NCBI GenBank assembly: GCA_007118695.1
Contig: SKRC01000085.1
Location: forward strand, 14,693-78,692
DNA: 64,000 bases
From: Balneolaceae bacterium
Lineage (GTDB): Bacteria > Bacteroidota > Rhodothermia > Balneolales > Balneolaceae
Direction: 5' to 3'
A program made the translations under genes and the position numbers. This document shows, piece by piece, positions 7,528 through 16,885 of the stretch. Within the stretch, counting starts at the first letter, position 1. Each line of letters opens with the position of its first letter. Below the pieces are notes generated by a model. It saw only the letters and a program-made list of their open reading frames with translations, made no database searches and was not told the origin of the DNA.

Positions 7528-8874
7528 ATGAGTCAAAGAAAGTATAATACAGTTTCATTAATTCGAAAGAAAAGAGACGGAAAAAGTCTTTCTTCTGATG
7601 AAATCGAGTTCATGGTGCGCAGCTATACCGACGATGAAATCCCGGACTATCAGATGAGTGCGTTCCTGATGGCTGCATTCCTGCGGGGCTTGACAGATGG
7701 GGAAGCCGCATCGCTGACAAAGTCGATGCTGCATTCCGGTGTTGTTCTGGACTTGTCGCACATTTCCGGAAAGAAGGTGGACAAACACTCTACCGGTGGA
7801 GTGGGTGATAAGCTTTCACTGATACTGGCACCCATTGTCGCCTCCTGTGGGGTGCCGGTCCCGATGATATCCGGGCGGGGATTGGGCCATACCGGCGGGA
7901 CCCTTGACAAACTTGAGTCGATACCGGGATTTACGGTGGATGTGACACTGGAGCGGTACCTGGAAATTCTGAAAAGGCAGAACATGGTATTGGTTGGCCA
8001 GACGGAGGAAGTGGCCCCGGCCGACAAGCGGCTTTATGCCCTGCGAGATGTGACGGCTACCGTAGAATCCATCCCGCTGATTGCAGGAAGCATCATGAGC
8101 AAAAAGCTGGCCGAAGGGATCGATGCGCTGGTTTTGGATGTCAAATTCGGTTCTGGAGCTTTCATGCAGGAGCACAGCCAGGCGATGGAGCTGGCAAAGA
8201 CGCTGGTTGGAATTGGCGAAGAGTTTGGCAAACGAACCATTGCCTATATGACCGATATGGATCAGCCCCTGGGTTATGCCATTGGCAACTGGCTGGAAGT
8301 GCGGGAAAGTATTGACGCCCTGCGGGGAGGTGGCCCGGATGATGTTATGGAGATCACACATTTGCTGGCGGGAACCATGATTCATCTGGGTGGGAAAGCC
8401 GGCACTGTGGAGGAAGGCATTGATCAGAGCAGGGGGGCGATTCAGGACGGATCAGCTTGGAAAAAATGGCTGGAAATCGTCGCAGAACAGGGCGGGGATA
8501 CGAAGCTGGTGGAAAATCCCGGAATATATCCCGCAGCTGAACACGTAAAAGATGTCAAGGCCGTGGAAGACGGGTATATCAGTGCGATGAATGCTTATGA
8601 AATTGGCATGGTTTCTTTAGAGCTGGGAGCCGGCCGCAGGGCAAAAGAAGACCGTATTGATCCGGCTGCAGGTATTTTGCTGAAGAAAAAAGTGGGTGAT
8701 AGAGTCAAGAAAGGTGAAACAATTGCACGCTTTTATACGAACAACAGGAATGAAATGGACAAATCTGAACATTTTTTTTTAAATGCCATTACATTTTCGA
8801 ATACGAAACCTGATAAAAGACAATTAATTACACATCAGGTGGATACAAACGGGGTTCACCCATGGAACAGATAA
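7528..8874 (+). CDS. deoA: Thymidine / pyrimidine-nucleoside phosphorylase
   Basis: 448 aa with the phosphate-binding motif DKHSTGGVGDK, SGRGLGHTGGTLDKLESIPG and the C-terminal PYNP domain. Confidence 0.9.
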   Translation: MSQRKYNTVSLIRKKRDGKSLSSDEIEFMVRSYTDDEIPDYQMSAFLMAAFLRGLTDGEAASLTKSMLHSGVVLDLSHISGKKVDKHSTGGVGDKLSLILAPIVASCGVPVPMISGRGLGHTGGTLDKLESIPGFTVDVTLERYLEILKRQNMVLVGQTEEVAPADKRLYALRDVTATVESIPLIAGSIMSKKLAEGIDALVLDVKFGSGAFMQEHSQAMELAKTLVGIGEEFGKRTIAYMTDMDQPLGYAIGNWLEVRESIDALRGGGPDDVMEITHLLAGTMIHLGGKAGTVEEGIDQSRGAIQDGSAWKKWLEIVAEQGGDTKLVENPGIYPAAEHVKDVKAVEDGYISAMNAYEIGMVSLELGAGRRAKEDRIDPAAGILLKKKVGDRVKKGETIARFYTNNRNEMDKSEHFFLNAITFSNTKPDKRQLITHQVDTNGVHPWNR

Positions 8875-8959
8875 TGTTGCTATATGGCTGAAATCCATTA
8901 ACTTTTAGTACGTTAGCACAACAACAGCAGGGCAAAACCGCAAAACAACAATTAAGGCT

Positions 8960-9730
8960 ATGTTTCAACGATTTATACGTGCAATTAAGTCCATGTTTGG
9001 TGGGCTGGTCTCTTCAATTGAAGATCCCAAACTGATTCTGGAACAGAACATCAGGGAATTGAATGACCAGATTCCGCAAATGAATGAAAATATCGCAACC
9101 GTCAAGGCCAATATGGTCATGCTGCAAAAAGAGGTTGACCGGTATGAAAAAAGTATCCAGGATCTTACGAATAAGATAAAATCGGCGATCAATGCGAACC
9201 GGGATGACATTGCAGAAGGGTATGCCATGCAGCTTGAAAAGCATAAGGAGAACCTGGGCCAAAGCCGGGAACAGCTCAAATTTGCCGAACAGGCGTATGA
9301 AAAAGCGATCAAAGTAAAGAAAGCTTTTATGCGCGAAAAAGATCGCAAGATCAAGGAAGCGCGGGAAGCGATGCGTGCCAGCGAACGGGCTGAGTGGCAG
9401 GCCAGGGTGGCCGATACCCTTGAACAGTTCGAAATGGGAGGTGTTGATCAGACTCATGATGAAATGGTGACGCGGCTGAACGAAAGGACAGCGAAGAATG
9501 AAGCCCGGATGGAGATCGCACTCGACAGTGTAGACACCAAAACCATGGAAATAGAGGCAAATGCCGAAAAAATGAGGGCCCAGGAGCTTGTCAGTCAGTT
9601 CAAGCGCGATATGGGCAAAGAGGAAACCCCGCCGGAATCAACAAAAGAAGGCAAGATCGAAGTCGATGAGTCGTCCGATTCCAAAGAAGATGCGGGTAAA
9701 ACCATAGGAAAAGACCGAACTAAATCCTGA
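8960..9730 (+). CDS. pspA: PspA/IM30 (Vipp1, ESCRT-III-like) family protein
   Basis: The N-terminal amphipathic MFQRFIRAIKSMFGGLVSSIEDPKLILEQNIRELNDQIPQM is a typical PspA start. A long coiled coil and an acidic tail follow. Confidence 0.85.
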   Translation: MFQRFIRAIKSMFGGLVSSIEDPKLILEQNIRELNDQIPQMNENIATVKANMVMLQKEVDRYEKSIQDLTNKIKSAINANRDDIAEGYAMQLEKHKENLGQSREQLKFAEQAYEKAIKVKKAFMREKDRKIKEAREAMRASERAEWQARVADTLEQFEMGGVDQTHDEMVTRLNERTAKNEARMEIALDSVDTKTMEIEANAEKMRAQELVSQFKRDMGKEETPPESTKEGKIEVDESSDSKEDAGKTIGKDRTKS

Positions 9731-9745
9731 ATCAACCCGACCGGA

Positions 9746-10219
9746 ATGAGCAGCCGAAGTGAACAGGAGCGTGACAGGCTCAAAGAAGAATACAAGGAGC
9801 ATTATCGCAAGATCCGGGATGTCAAGGAAAAAATCCGGCGCAGCAAGTCTGTTAAAAATATCTCGGATGCTGTGGGAAATATGAACACCGATGAGCTGAT
9901 GGAATCGGTGGATCACTTCCTGGACAAAGTGCGGCACAAAGTAGCCAGTGTGGAGGCCCGCCTGGATGTAGCGATGGAAAATCTGACCGGCCTCGGTGAA
10001 GACCGCCTGGACCGGGAGGAGATGGATGAGGCAATGAGAAAGGAGAAAGCCCGGGAGACCCTCAAACAGGTGAAACTTGAGATGGGATTGCTCTACCAGG
10101 ATATTGAAAAACAGGCAGAAGATATTAAGGTGCAAAAAACGGTCGGTTCACAAAAAGTCGAACCGGGCGAGGTACCCTCAGAGAGTCCATCTGAAAATCC
10201 AAAGAATGAGGAGACATGA
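9746..10219 (+). CDS. Hypothetical coiled-coil protein, second gene of the pspA string
   Basis: 157-aa, highly charged, helical ORF. It starts 15 nt after the pspA stop, and its stop overlaps the next start (ATGA at 10216-10219). No family recognised. Confidence 0.5.
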   Translation: MSSRSEQERDRLKEEYKEHYRKIRDVKEKIRRSKSVKNISDAVGNMNTDELMESVDHFLDKVRHKVASVEARLDVAMENLTGLGEDRLDREEMDEAMRKEKARETLKQVKLEMGLLYQDIEKQAEDIKVQKTVGSQKVEPGEVPSESPSENPKNEET

Positions 10220-11115
10220 AAGAGGAGGATGAAGTTATTAATTATACGCGAGAGGCTTTTTTACATCCGCTGAACCTCGGGGTGCTGTTGGCTGCGACTC
10301 TAACGGCATTTTTTTTGACCGATGTTGGAATAGCTTCCAATCTGATACTGACAATGGTATTCGGGACAGAATTGGTCTATCTCGGAATTGTCCCGAGACT
10401 GCCGAGATTCAAGCGCAGTGTAAGGATGAGAAAAATACGTGAAAGAGACAGTGCCGAAGAAGAGAAGCTGGTTTTCCAGGAACTGGATCCCAAATCCAAG
10501 CGACGTTACCTGGTGCTCCGGCACCTGTCCAAAATGATTAAGCAGAATTTTGAAAAACTGCCATACAGTTCACAGGGTTTGCTCGACAATATCAAGAAAA
10601 AAATCGAAGAACTTTTGTCCAATTATATAACACTGCTCGATCTTCATAAACGCTATAAGTTCTATATGAACAGCACGGTTGAAGAAGGCCTCAAAGTGGA
10701 AGTGGCCCGACTTCAGGAAAAAATGAAGGAACTGACATCAGACCGGCTCAAGAGTACAAAAAAAAGGAGGCTTGATATCCTTCAAAAACGGCTGAAGAAA
10801 TTTGAAATGGCAAAAGAGAAGTACCTGATTTGTGAGACGCACCTTGAGACAATTGAAGATGCCATTCACTATATCTATGAACAATCAATGACGATGAGCA
10901 ATGCCGAAGAGATTGGCTTCCAGCTGGATAATCTGTTGCAGGAGGTGGAAGAGACATCGCAGCTCATTGACGATCTAGACCAGGATATTTTACCGGTATA
11001 CGACGATTTTGCTGTTGATTTGAACCTGGATGAGCCTGAGCCTGAGCCGGAAACCGGGAAAAGTGGAAAAATGGAAACGGAAAAAAAGAAAGCGAAAAAA
11101 AAATCCCATGGCTGA
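10216..11115 (+). CDS. Hypothetical membrane-anchored coiled-coil protein (two N-terminal TM helices)
   Basis: Two hydrophobic helices (LNLGVLLAATLTAFFL / ILTMVFGTELVYLGIV), then about 220 aa of charged helical sequence and a KKKAKKK tail. It is translationally coupled on both sides. Confidence 0.55.
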   Translation: MKEEDEVINYTREAFLHPLNLGVLLAATLTAFFLTDVGIASNLILTMVFGTELVYLGIVPRLPRFKRSVRMRKIRERDSAEEEKLVFQELDPKSKRRYLVLRHLSKMIKQNFEKLPYSSQGLLDNIKKKIEELLSNYITLLDLHKRYKFYMNSTVEEGLKVEVARLQEKMKELTSDRLKSTKKRRLDILQKRLKKFEMAKEKYLICETHLETIEDAIHYIYEQSMTMSNAEEIGFQLDNLLQEVEETSQLIDDLDQDILPVYDDFAVDLNLDEPEPEPETGKSGKMETEKKKAKKKSHG

Positions 11116-11890
11116 AAAATTTAAAAATTTGTTGACCACGATTGATGATTATCATATTGCCCTGCTGACCATCAATCGCCCGGACAAATTGAATGCCTTG
11201 AACAGCGAAGTATTGGATGAGCTGAAACAGGCTTTTAACGCATTCCGGGATGACGAGAATGTGAAGGCGGTGATTCTTACCGGAGCCGGTGATAAAGCAT
11301 TTGTGGCCGGTGCAGATATACTGGAACTGAGCAATCTGAACAAAAAAACCGGCAAAACGACTGCACAAAAGGGCCAAAAAATATTCTCTGACATTGAGAT
11401 GTTTCCCAAGCCGGTGATCGCTGTGGTCAATGGTTATGCATTGGGGGGTGGGGCTGAACTGGCCATGGCATGCCATCTCAGGATTGCAACCGGCAATGCC
11501 GTATTCAGTTTGCCGGAAGTGAGCCTGGGCCTTATTCCGGGTTATGGCGGAACTCAGCGGTTGCCGGCTTTAATCGGCCGCGGAAATGCAATGGAATTGA
11601 TATTGACAGGCAGGCAAATGAAGGCTGAAGAGGCGAAATCAGTGGGGTTGGTCAATAAAGTGGTCGTCGATGATGATGCTGTTACAGAAGCCCGGAAAAT
11701 GCTGATATCAATTTTGAAAAAGGGGCCGATTGCTTTGGCCCATGCCATTAAAGCTGTCAATTCCTCTATTCCGGATAATGGCTATGAAAGAGAAGCCGAA
11801 CTGTTCGGTGATCTTTGTGACACGTCGGATTTTCAGGAAGGCACTACCGCCTTTCTTGAAAAACGGAAACCCGATTTTACCGGTAATTGA
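11108..11890 (+). CDS. Enoyl-CoA hydratase/isomerase (crotonase) family protein
   Basis: LTINRPDKLNALN, ILTGAGDKAFVAGADI and VNGYALGGGAELAMACHLRIA are oxyanion-hole motifs. The ATG at 11108 (MAEKFKNLL) overlaps the upstream stop by 8 nt. The track start at 11030 lies inside the upstream gene. Confidence 0.85.
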   Translation: MAEKFKNLLTTIDDYHIALLTINRPDKLNALNSEVLDELKQAFNAFRDDENVKAVILTGAGDKAFVAGADILELSNLNKKTGKTTAQKGQKIFSDIEMFPKPVIAVVNGYALGGGAELAMACHLRIATGNAVFSLPEVSLGLIPGYGGTQRLPALIGRGNAMELILTGRQMKAEEAKSVGLVNKVVVDDDAVTEARKMLISILKKGPIALAHAIKAVNSSIPDNGYEREAELFGDLCDTSDFQEGTTAFLEKRKPDFTGN

Positions 11891-12246
11891 TCTGCGGATT
11901 TAGTGTGGGACTGCTTTTATAGAAAGTATATTCATTGCAGTTTATTGTTGCACAAATAATTATAGGCAACTGAGAAAACCCTAAAGATGCCTTGGTGTAA
12001 CGATCCCCGGGATCCGAAAGGTAATGATGGTTTCAAATCGTTTTTGGAAATAAACGAGTCCGATCAGGGTTTTTATTTTGGTTTTGCCGGTGCAACTAAT
12101 CTTGGAATATATCGGCCAATAAGACCTTTCTGAATGATTTTGGCACTAATTAGAGATTCTTAATCACTGTTTAATCTTTATTGTGGAAGTTTTTAAGAAT
12201 ATTGATTTACTTTTGAGGGTAAGGAGTATCAAAAAGCAGGAGAAAG

Positions 12247-12483
12247 GTGCCTGCAGTAATAAAAGAGTTTACGTTTAGAAAAACGACAGCGGCAGAAAGT
12301 CTGTCATACGGGGTATTTTGCTGTCTGCGGCTATTTTCCGCATTAAAGCGAACATTGATTGATAGTTCGGAAGGGGACAGCCGTTCGATAGTTGCTTTAG
12401 GTCGAACAGCTACTGTTTTAGGGGAAACAGGAGAATGTCAATCCGAGTTTTTAAACCTGCAATTAGGTATAGTCAAAGGTTGA
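12247..12483 (+). CDS. Hypothetical 78-aa ORF (GTG start) directly upstream of the TIR-like gene; coding status uncertain
   Basis: An AGGAGA lies a few nt before the GTG. The stop TGA (12481-12483) is 1 nt before the next ATG. No recognisable motif. Confidence 0.2.
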   Translation: MPAVIKEFTFRKTTAAESLSYGVFCCLRLFSALKRTLIDSSEGDSRSIVALGRTATVLGETGECQSEFLNLQLGIVKG

Positions 12484-12484
12484 G

Positions 12485-13324
12485 ATGAAAATAATTATAG
12501 GTTGGACTGGGAATTCCAGTCGGGGTTTGGCTGAATTACTAAACGATTGGCTATTGCGTGTAATTCAAGCGACGGATCCCGTGTTGATTAATATCGAGGA
12601 ACAAAGCAGCCGTTCCGATATTTCAACCCGGGGCCATGATGAGGACATCGATGAAAATTATTTTGGAATCCTTTGTCTCACTACACAAAATCATGAAAGT
12701 CATGATGTGATTTTTGAAGCCGGAGTCATGTCAAACCTGTTACCACCCAACCGGCTTTGCGGGTTATTGCTGGATCTTCAGGCCAGTGGTGCCTGCAGGC
12801 CCCTGCAACGATTTCCACTTCTGGATACATCAAAAAAAGGCATGCGAAAGCTGTTGCATACCATAAATGAGGCCAAGGGAAGCCAATCGATTTCGGTTGA
12901 TGTACTCGAAGACACATTTAACATTTTTTGGGAAATGTTTGAAGCAGATACCAGGCAGCTAAGGGAAGAGGCTTCTCAGCCTGAAAGAAAACCGGAACCG
13001 GAGACGACAGGCAAGCAACACCCGGCTTTGGGCAATACAGCCGTCATGCTTGAAATGTTGGCTACAGTCAGGGCCCTGGAAAAAAAGCTGTATCGGTCAT
13101 CTGTTGAAGAATCACCGGTACCCGAAGCTATCCCGGAAGCGGCTAAACCTTTTCAGGAATCGATGGTGGGCCTGATCAAGAAAATGTCGAATAGCGGCTA
13201 TTCGGAAGATGATACTATAGAATTTTTGAAGAATATCGGAATTCCTGATTCGTATGCCCGTTATACTGTCCATAAAACACTGGGAACAGGTGTGCATATG
13301 GAACTCAACAAAAAAAAAAATTAA
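12485..13324 (+). CDS. Divergent TIR-like domain protein with an unassigned C-terminal region
   Basis: The N-terminal ~165 aa follow the block pattern I associate with bacterial stand-alone TIR_2-type proteins: IIIGWTGNSSRGLAELLNDWLLRVIQ ... NYFGILCLTTQN ... VIFEAG ... RLCGLLLDL ... RPLQRF ... LLHTINEA ... FWEMFE. The Glu of FEAG is retained. This is recalled from memory, not searched. Confidence 0.5.
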   Translation: MKIIIGWTGNSSRGLAELLNDWLLRVIQATDPVLINIEEQSSRSDISTRGHDEDIDENYFGILCLTTQNHESHDVIFEAGVMSNLLPPNRLCGLLLDLQASGACRPLQRFPLLDTSKKGMRKLLHTINEAKGSQSISVDVLEDTFNIFWEMFEADTRQLREEASQPERKPEPETTGKQHPALGNTAVMLEMLATVRALEKKLYRSSVEESPVPEAIPEAAKPFQESMVGLIKKMSNSGYSEDDTIEFLKNIGIPDSYARYTVHKTLGTGVHMELNKKKN

Positions 13325-13786
13325 CTGACCCTGCCGGCAATAACCTGTTAGCCCCGCACTCGCAACGTAACGCAGTTTTGAAAAGGTGAAGTTCGTTTGT
13401 GTGATTAAATGACTATCCTGATTCTATAACATTTACAAAAAAACGGCTTTATCTTTTACAGTAAAAAGTATTACAAACTGCCATGAATGGGCGGTCTGTA
13501 TTGTGGACCGTCTCACTTGTTACATCTACTAGAAAGTCATTTGTGATTAAAAAATGTGGCGATGTCGATTTACTTTTTGAAGATCAGCTATCCACAGTTG
13601 CACGAACCTCTCACCTCCTGAAGTGGTCACTTTAATAGTGAGCCGATTGGTATCAAATCAAAGCCGCCTGTCCCCGGCACCCGTTGTCAGGGCCAGGGCA
13701 GGTATCATTGTTTCAAAGACATTTTAGGGTTAAATTAGGCTGATCGGATACTTATCGCCTACATTCAGTTAATCAAGCCATGTTGG

Positions 13787-15067
13787 ATGACCGAGACAGT
13801 CATTATTATCGTCACCATTTTTATTAGTGGTTTTTTTTCCGGCTCAGAGATAGCTTTTGTGTCGGCAAACAAACTGAAACTTGAGATCGAATCACGCAAG
13901 GGGACTGTTCTGTCGAAGTCCCTGGCTTTTTTCATTCATAAACCGGAAACCTTTCTGACGACCACACTGGTCGGCAACAACATCATCAATGTCATTTATG
14001 CTACATTGATGGCGATTTTTCTTATCGCACCGATACAGATCTACTATGAATCAATCACCGGCTCACTGCCTTCAGCTGCAACGATTCTGCTATTTCAGAC
14101 AATAATCGCATCCATTATTATTATGATATTCGGTGAAATATTACCAAAGGCGATATCCCGTCTTCATGCCGATTTTATGGTAAAAATGGTCGCCATTCCG
14201 ATGAAATTATTCAACTGGATATTCAGGCCTTTGATTTCTGTTGCCAACTCCTCATCCAATATCCTGGTAAAAACGTTGAAAGTTGGCAGTGAGCGCAGCG
14301 ATAAAATTTTTCGCAGACAGGATATGGAAATGATCTTCAAAGAATTGTCAGACAGCGGGGGTGGAGAGGATTTTGATAAAGAAGACTCGGAGATCCTGCA
14401 GAATGTACTCGATCTGTCCAACAAACGCGTCAAGGAAACCATGATTCCGCGTACAGAGATCATTGCAGTTGAAAAGAATACAACCATTGAAGATGTTCAG
14501 AAGACCTTTATCTCTTCCGGTCATTCAAAATTGCCGGTGTATCAAGATACCATCGACGACATCATCGGGGTTGTCTTTGCCTACGACCTGTTTCATAACC
14601 CCTCATCTTTGGCTGAAATCATTCGTCCTATCAAGCTGATACCATCAAGCAAAAAGTCGAAAGACCTTCTTACCGAATTCAGACAGAGCAATATTTCCGT
14701 TGCGATTGTGATCGATGAGTATGGTGGGACAGCCGGTATGGTAACGATAGAGGATCTTATCGAGGAGGTCGTTGGTGATATCCAGGATGAATATGATACC
14801 GACCAGGAGATCATGAAAAAAATCTCTGAAAATATCTATGTCATCAGCGGCAGTGTTGAACTGGAAGACCTGGAAATGAAATTTCCCGAAATTGAGCTGA
14901 GCAATTCAGCTGATAATTTTGAAACCATTGCCGGTTATATCATCGACCATATCGGGCGAATACCAAAAGTGAATGAGGAACTGCTGATAGGGCGGCACAA
15001 GTTCATCATCAGCAAAGCGACTCCGAATAAACTGGAAACGATAAAATTGATCATCAGTGATGAGTAA
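13787..15067 (+). CDS. CNNM/CorC-type hemolysin-family protein (DUF21 + CBS pair + CorC_HlyC)
   Basis: N-terminal FFSGSEIAFVS (DUF21), with GEILPKA, a CBS pair region and the C-terminal transporter-associated domain. Confidence 0.85.
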   Translation: MTETVIIIVTIFISGFFSGSEIAFVSANKLKLEIESRKGTVLSKSLAFFIHKPETFLTTTLVGNNIINVIYATLMAIFLIAPIQIYYESITGSLPSAATILLFQTIIASIIIMIFGEILPKAISRLHADFMVKMVAIPMKLFNWIFRPLISVANSSSNILVKTLKVGSERSDKIFRRQDMEMIFKELSDSGGGEDFDKEDSEILQNVLDLSNKRVKETMIPRTEIIAVEKNTTIEDVQKTFISSGHSKLPVYQDTIDDIIGVVFAYDLFHNPSSLAEIIRPIKLIPSSKKSKDLLTEFRQSNISVAIVIDEYGGTAGMVTIEDLIEEVVGDIQDEYDTDQEIMKKISENIYVISGSVELEDLEMKFPEIELSNSADNFETIAGYIIDHIGRIPKVNEELLIGRHKFIISKATPNKLETIKLIISDE

Positions 15068-15167
15068 AGTAAATAGATGACGCTGATGGCCGGTTAAAAC
15101 ATTTTTGTCTCATTATCGTAATCACGAGGAATCGGAAGAACGGGAAAACTGAATAAAACAACTTACG

Positions 15168-16880
15168 ATGCTTGAACATTACCCGGAATGGGCCAGGATG
15201 CTGGCCAAGAAATACCTGAGCAGGACGTTGAGCCAATTTATACTGCACGGGAATATTCATGATTTGGTACCGGTAGGGGATGCCAGGCAGAAGAAGTTTT
15301 TACGGTTGAAAACTTTTCTGTCGGAAGATTTTTTTGGCGCCCGTGATTTTGTGGTTTTCTATGACCGCTCTTCGGGGATCTATTTCCGGGATGAGGCTTC
15401 GCAAAAGGATTTTAACCGGGCGCTGGCCGGCCGGGATAGTTTGCTCGGCACCGATATGGCCGGAAAGGTTCCCAAGGATCCGGTGCGGGCGTTTTCCGTT
15501 CTTGAACAGTATTTCCGTCTGCGTCTGGATCAGAAAAAAAGTATTGCGCTCATCATTGACTATGCCGAGACGATCGTCCCGATGAGTGATGCGGGTTCCA
15601 CAGGCACTGAAGACCGCAATGCCCTGGTTTACCTGCTTCGATGGGCCCATGATCCCCTGTTCCTGGTGTCAGATTTTACGACCGTGATGCTCACCGAAAA
15701 CCTTGCCGACCTGAATAAGACCCTCATACAGAATCCCCACAACTCCGATATCCGGGTGCCAATTCCCTCGGAGGCAGACAGACTGCATTTTATAAAAACC
15801 GAGCTGACTGCCGATGAATATAAAAAGCATGCAAAGGTAAAGCAGGAAGTTTTGGCGCAACAGACTGCCGGACTGAATTTTATTCACATCCGGAACATTC
15901 TTGCCAATGCCAAGGAAAATAAGATTCCGGTAACTTTTGAACGGCTTGCCGGGATCAAGAAAGAGTTGATTGAGGCAGAAGCCTACGGGTTGCTGGAATT
16001 TGTGGAAACGGAGGCCACCCTTGATTCTGTTGCCGGGCACAGGGAGGTGAAGCAGCATCTGCGAGAGGCCGTTCATGCGTTGAAAGAAGGCAGAAACGAT
16101 GTCATTCCCATGGGGTACCTGGTTTGCGGGCCGGTGGGCACCGGCAAAACCTATTTGGTGAACTGTTTTTCAGGTGAAGTGGGAATTCCGATGGTCAAAT
16201 TGAAAAACTTCAGGAGTCAGTGGCAGGGGGTCACCGAAGGTAACCTGGAAAAAATACTGAACATTTTGAAAGCGATGGCGCCTGTAGCAGTCATGATCGA
16301 CGAAGCGGATGCTTACCTGGGAAACCGGGATGCCAGCGGGGATAGTGGTGTGTCAAGCCGTGTATTTTCGCAAATTGCCTCTTTTATGAGCGATACGACC
16401 AACCGCGGGCGCATCATATGGTTTCTGATGACCGCCCGCCCCGACCTGATGCCGGTTGACCTGAAAAGACAGGGCAGAGCCGAAGAGCATCTTGCCCTGT
16501 TTCCACCGTCCACCAAAGAGGAACGGATAGAGTTGTATGAGGCGATGGCAAAGAAGACGGGGCTGAAGATGACCGAGCCTTATACGCCAAAAATTATTGA
16601 AAAAGGATCCAAATCGTTCTCCGGGGCGGATATGGAAGCAGCCCTGACGCGCGCTAAATTCAGAGCTGCTGCCGCCGGAAAGGTAAAGGTATCTCCTGAA
16701 ATGCTCGATGAGACCCTGGAAGATTTCATGTCGCCCGGGTATCCGGAAGAGGTGGAGTTGCAGACCCTGCATGCTGTGCTTGAATGTACCTCACGGGCGC
16801 TCCTGCCCAAGGAATATCGCGATATGGACCGGGCAGTGATCATGGATCGAATCGATGAGCTGAATAGCGGCACTTATTGA
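15168..16880 (+). CDS. AAA+ family ATPase with a long N-terminal domain lacking nucleotide-binding motifs
   Basis: Walker A is GPVGTGKT, Walker B is VAVMIDEAD, and the second region of homology is MTARPDLMPVDLKRQGR. The first ~300 aa have no Walker motifs. Confidence 0.8.
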   Translation: MLEHYPEWARMLAKKYLSRTLSQFILHGNIHDLVPVGDARQKKFLRLKTFLSEDFFGARDFVVFYDRSSGIYFRDEASQKDFNRALAGRDSLLGTDMAGKVPKDPVRAFSVLEQYFRLRLDQKKSIALIIDYAETIVPMSDAGSTGTEDRNALVYLLRWAHDPLFLVSDFTTVMLTENLADLNKTLIQNPHNSDIRVPIPSEADRLHFIKTELTADEYKKHAKVKQEVLAQQTAGLNFIHIRNILANAKENKIPVTFERLAGIKKELIEAEAYGLLEFVETEATLDSVAGHREVKQHLREAVHALKEGRNDVIPMGYLVCGPVGTGKTYLVNCFSGEVGIPMVKLKNFRSQWQGVTEGNLEKILNILKAMAPVAVMIDEADAYLGNRDASGDSGVSSRVFSQIASFMSDTTNRGRIIWFLMTARPDLMPVDLKRQGRAEEHLALFPPSTKEERIELYEAMAKKTGLKMTEPYTPKIIEKGSKSFSGADMEAALTRAKFRAAAAGKVKVSPEMLDETLEDFMSPGYPEEVELQTLHAVLECTSRALLPKEYRDMDRAVIMDRIDELNSGTY

Positions 16881-16885
16881 TTTAA

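Noticed and set aside
11030-11107. Upstream extension of the crotonase ORF from the track
   Set aside because: It lies inside the 3' end of the preceding gene in another frame. The conserved crotonase N-terminus begins at ATG 11108.
11987-12133. 48-codon ORF (MPWCNDPRDPKGNDGFKSFLEINESDQGFYFGFAGATNLGIYRPIRPF) in the island upstream of the TIR-like gene
   Set aside because: No recognisable family. It could be a gene fragment, but nothing supports that from sequence alone.
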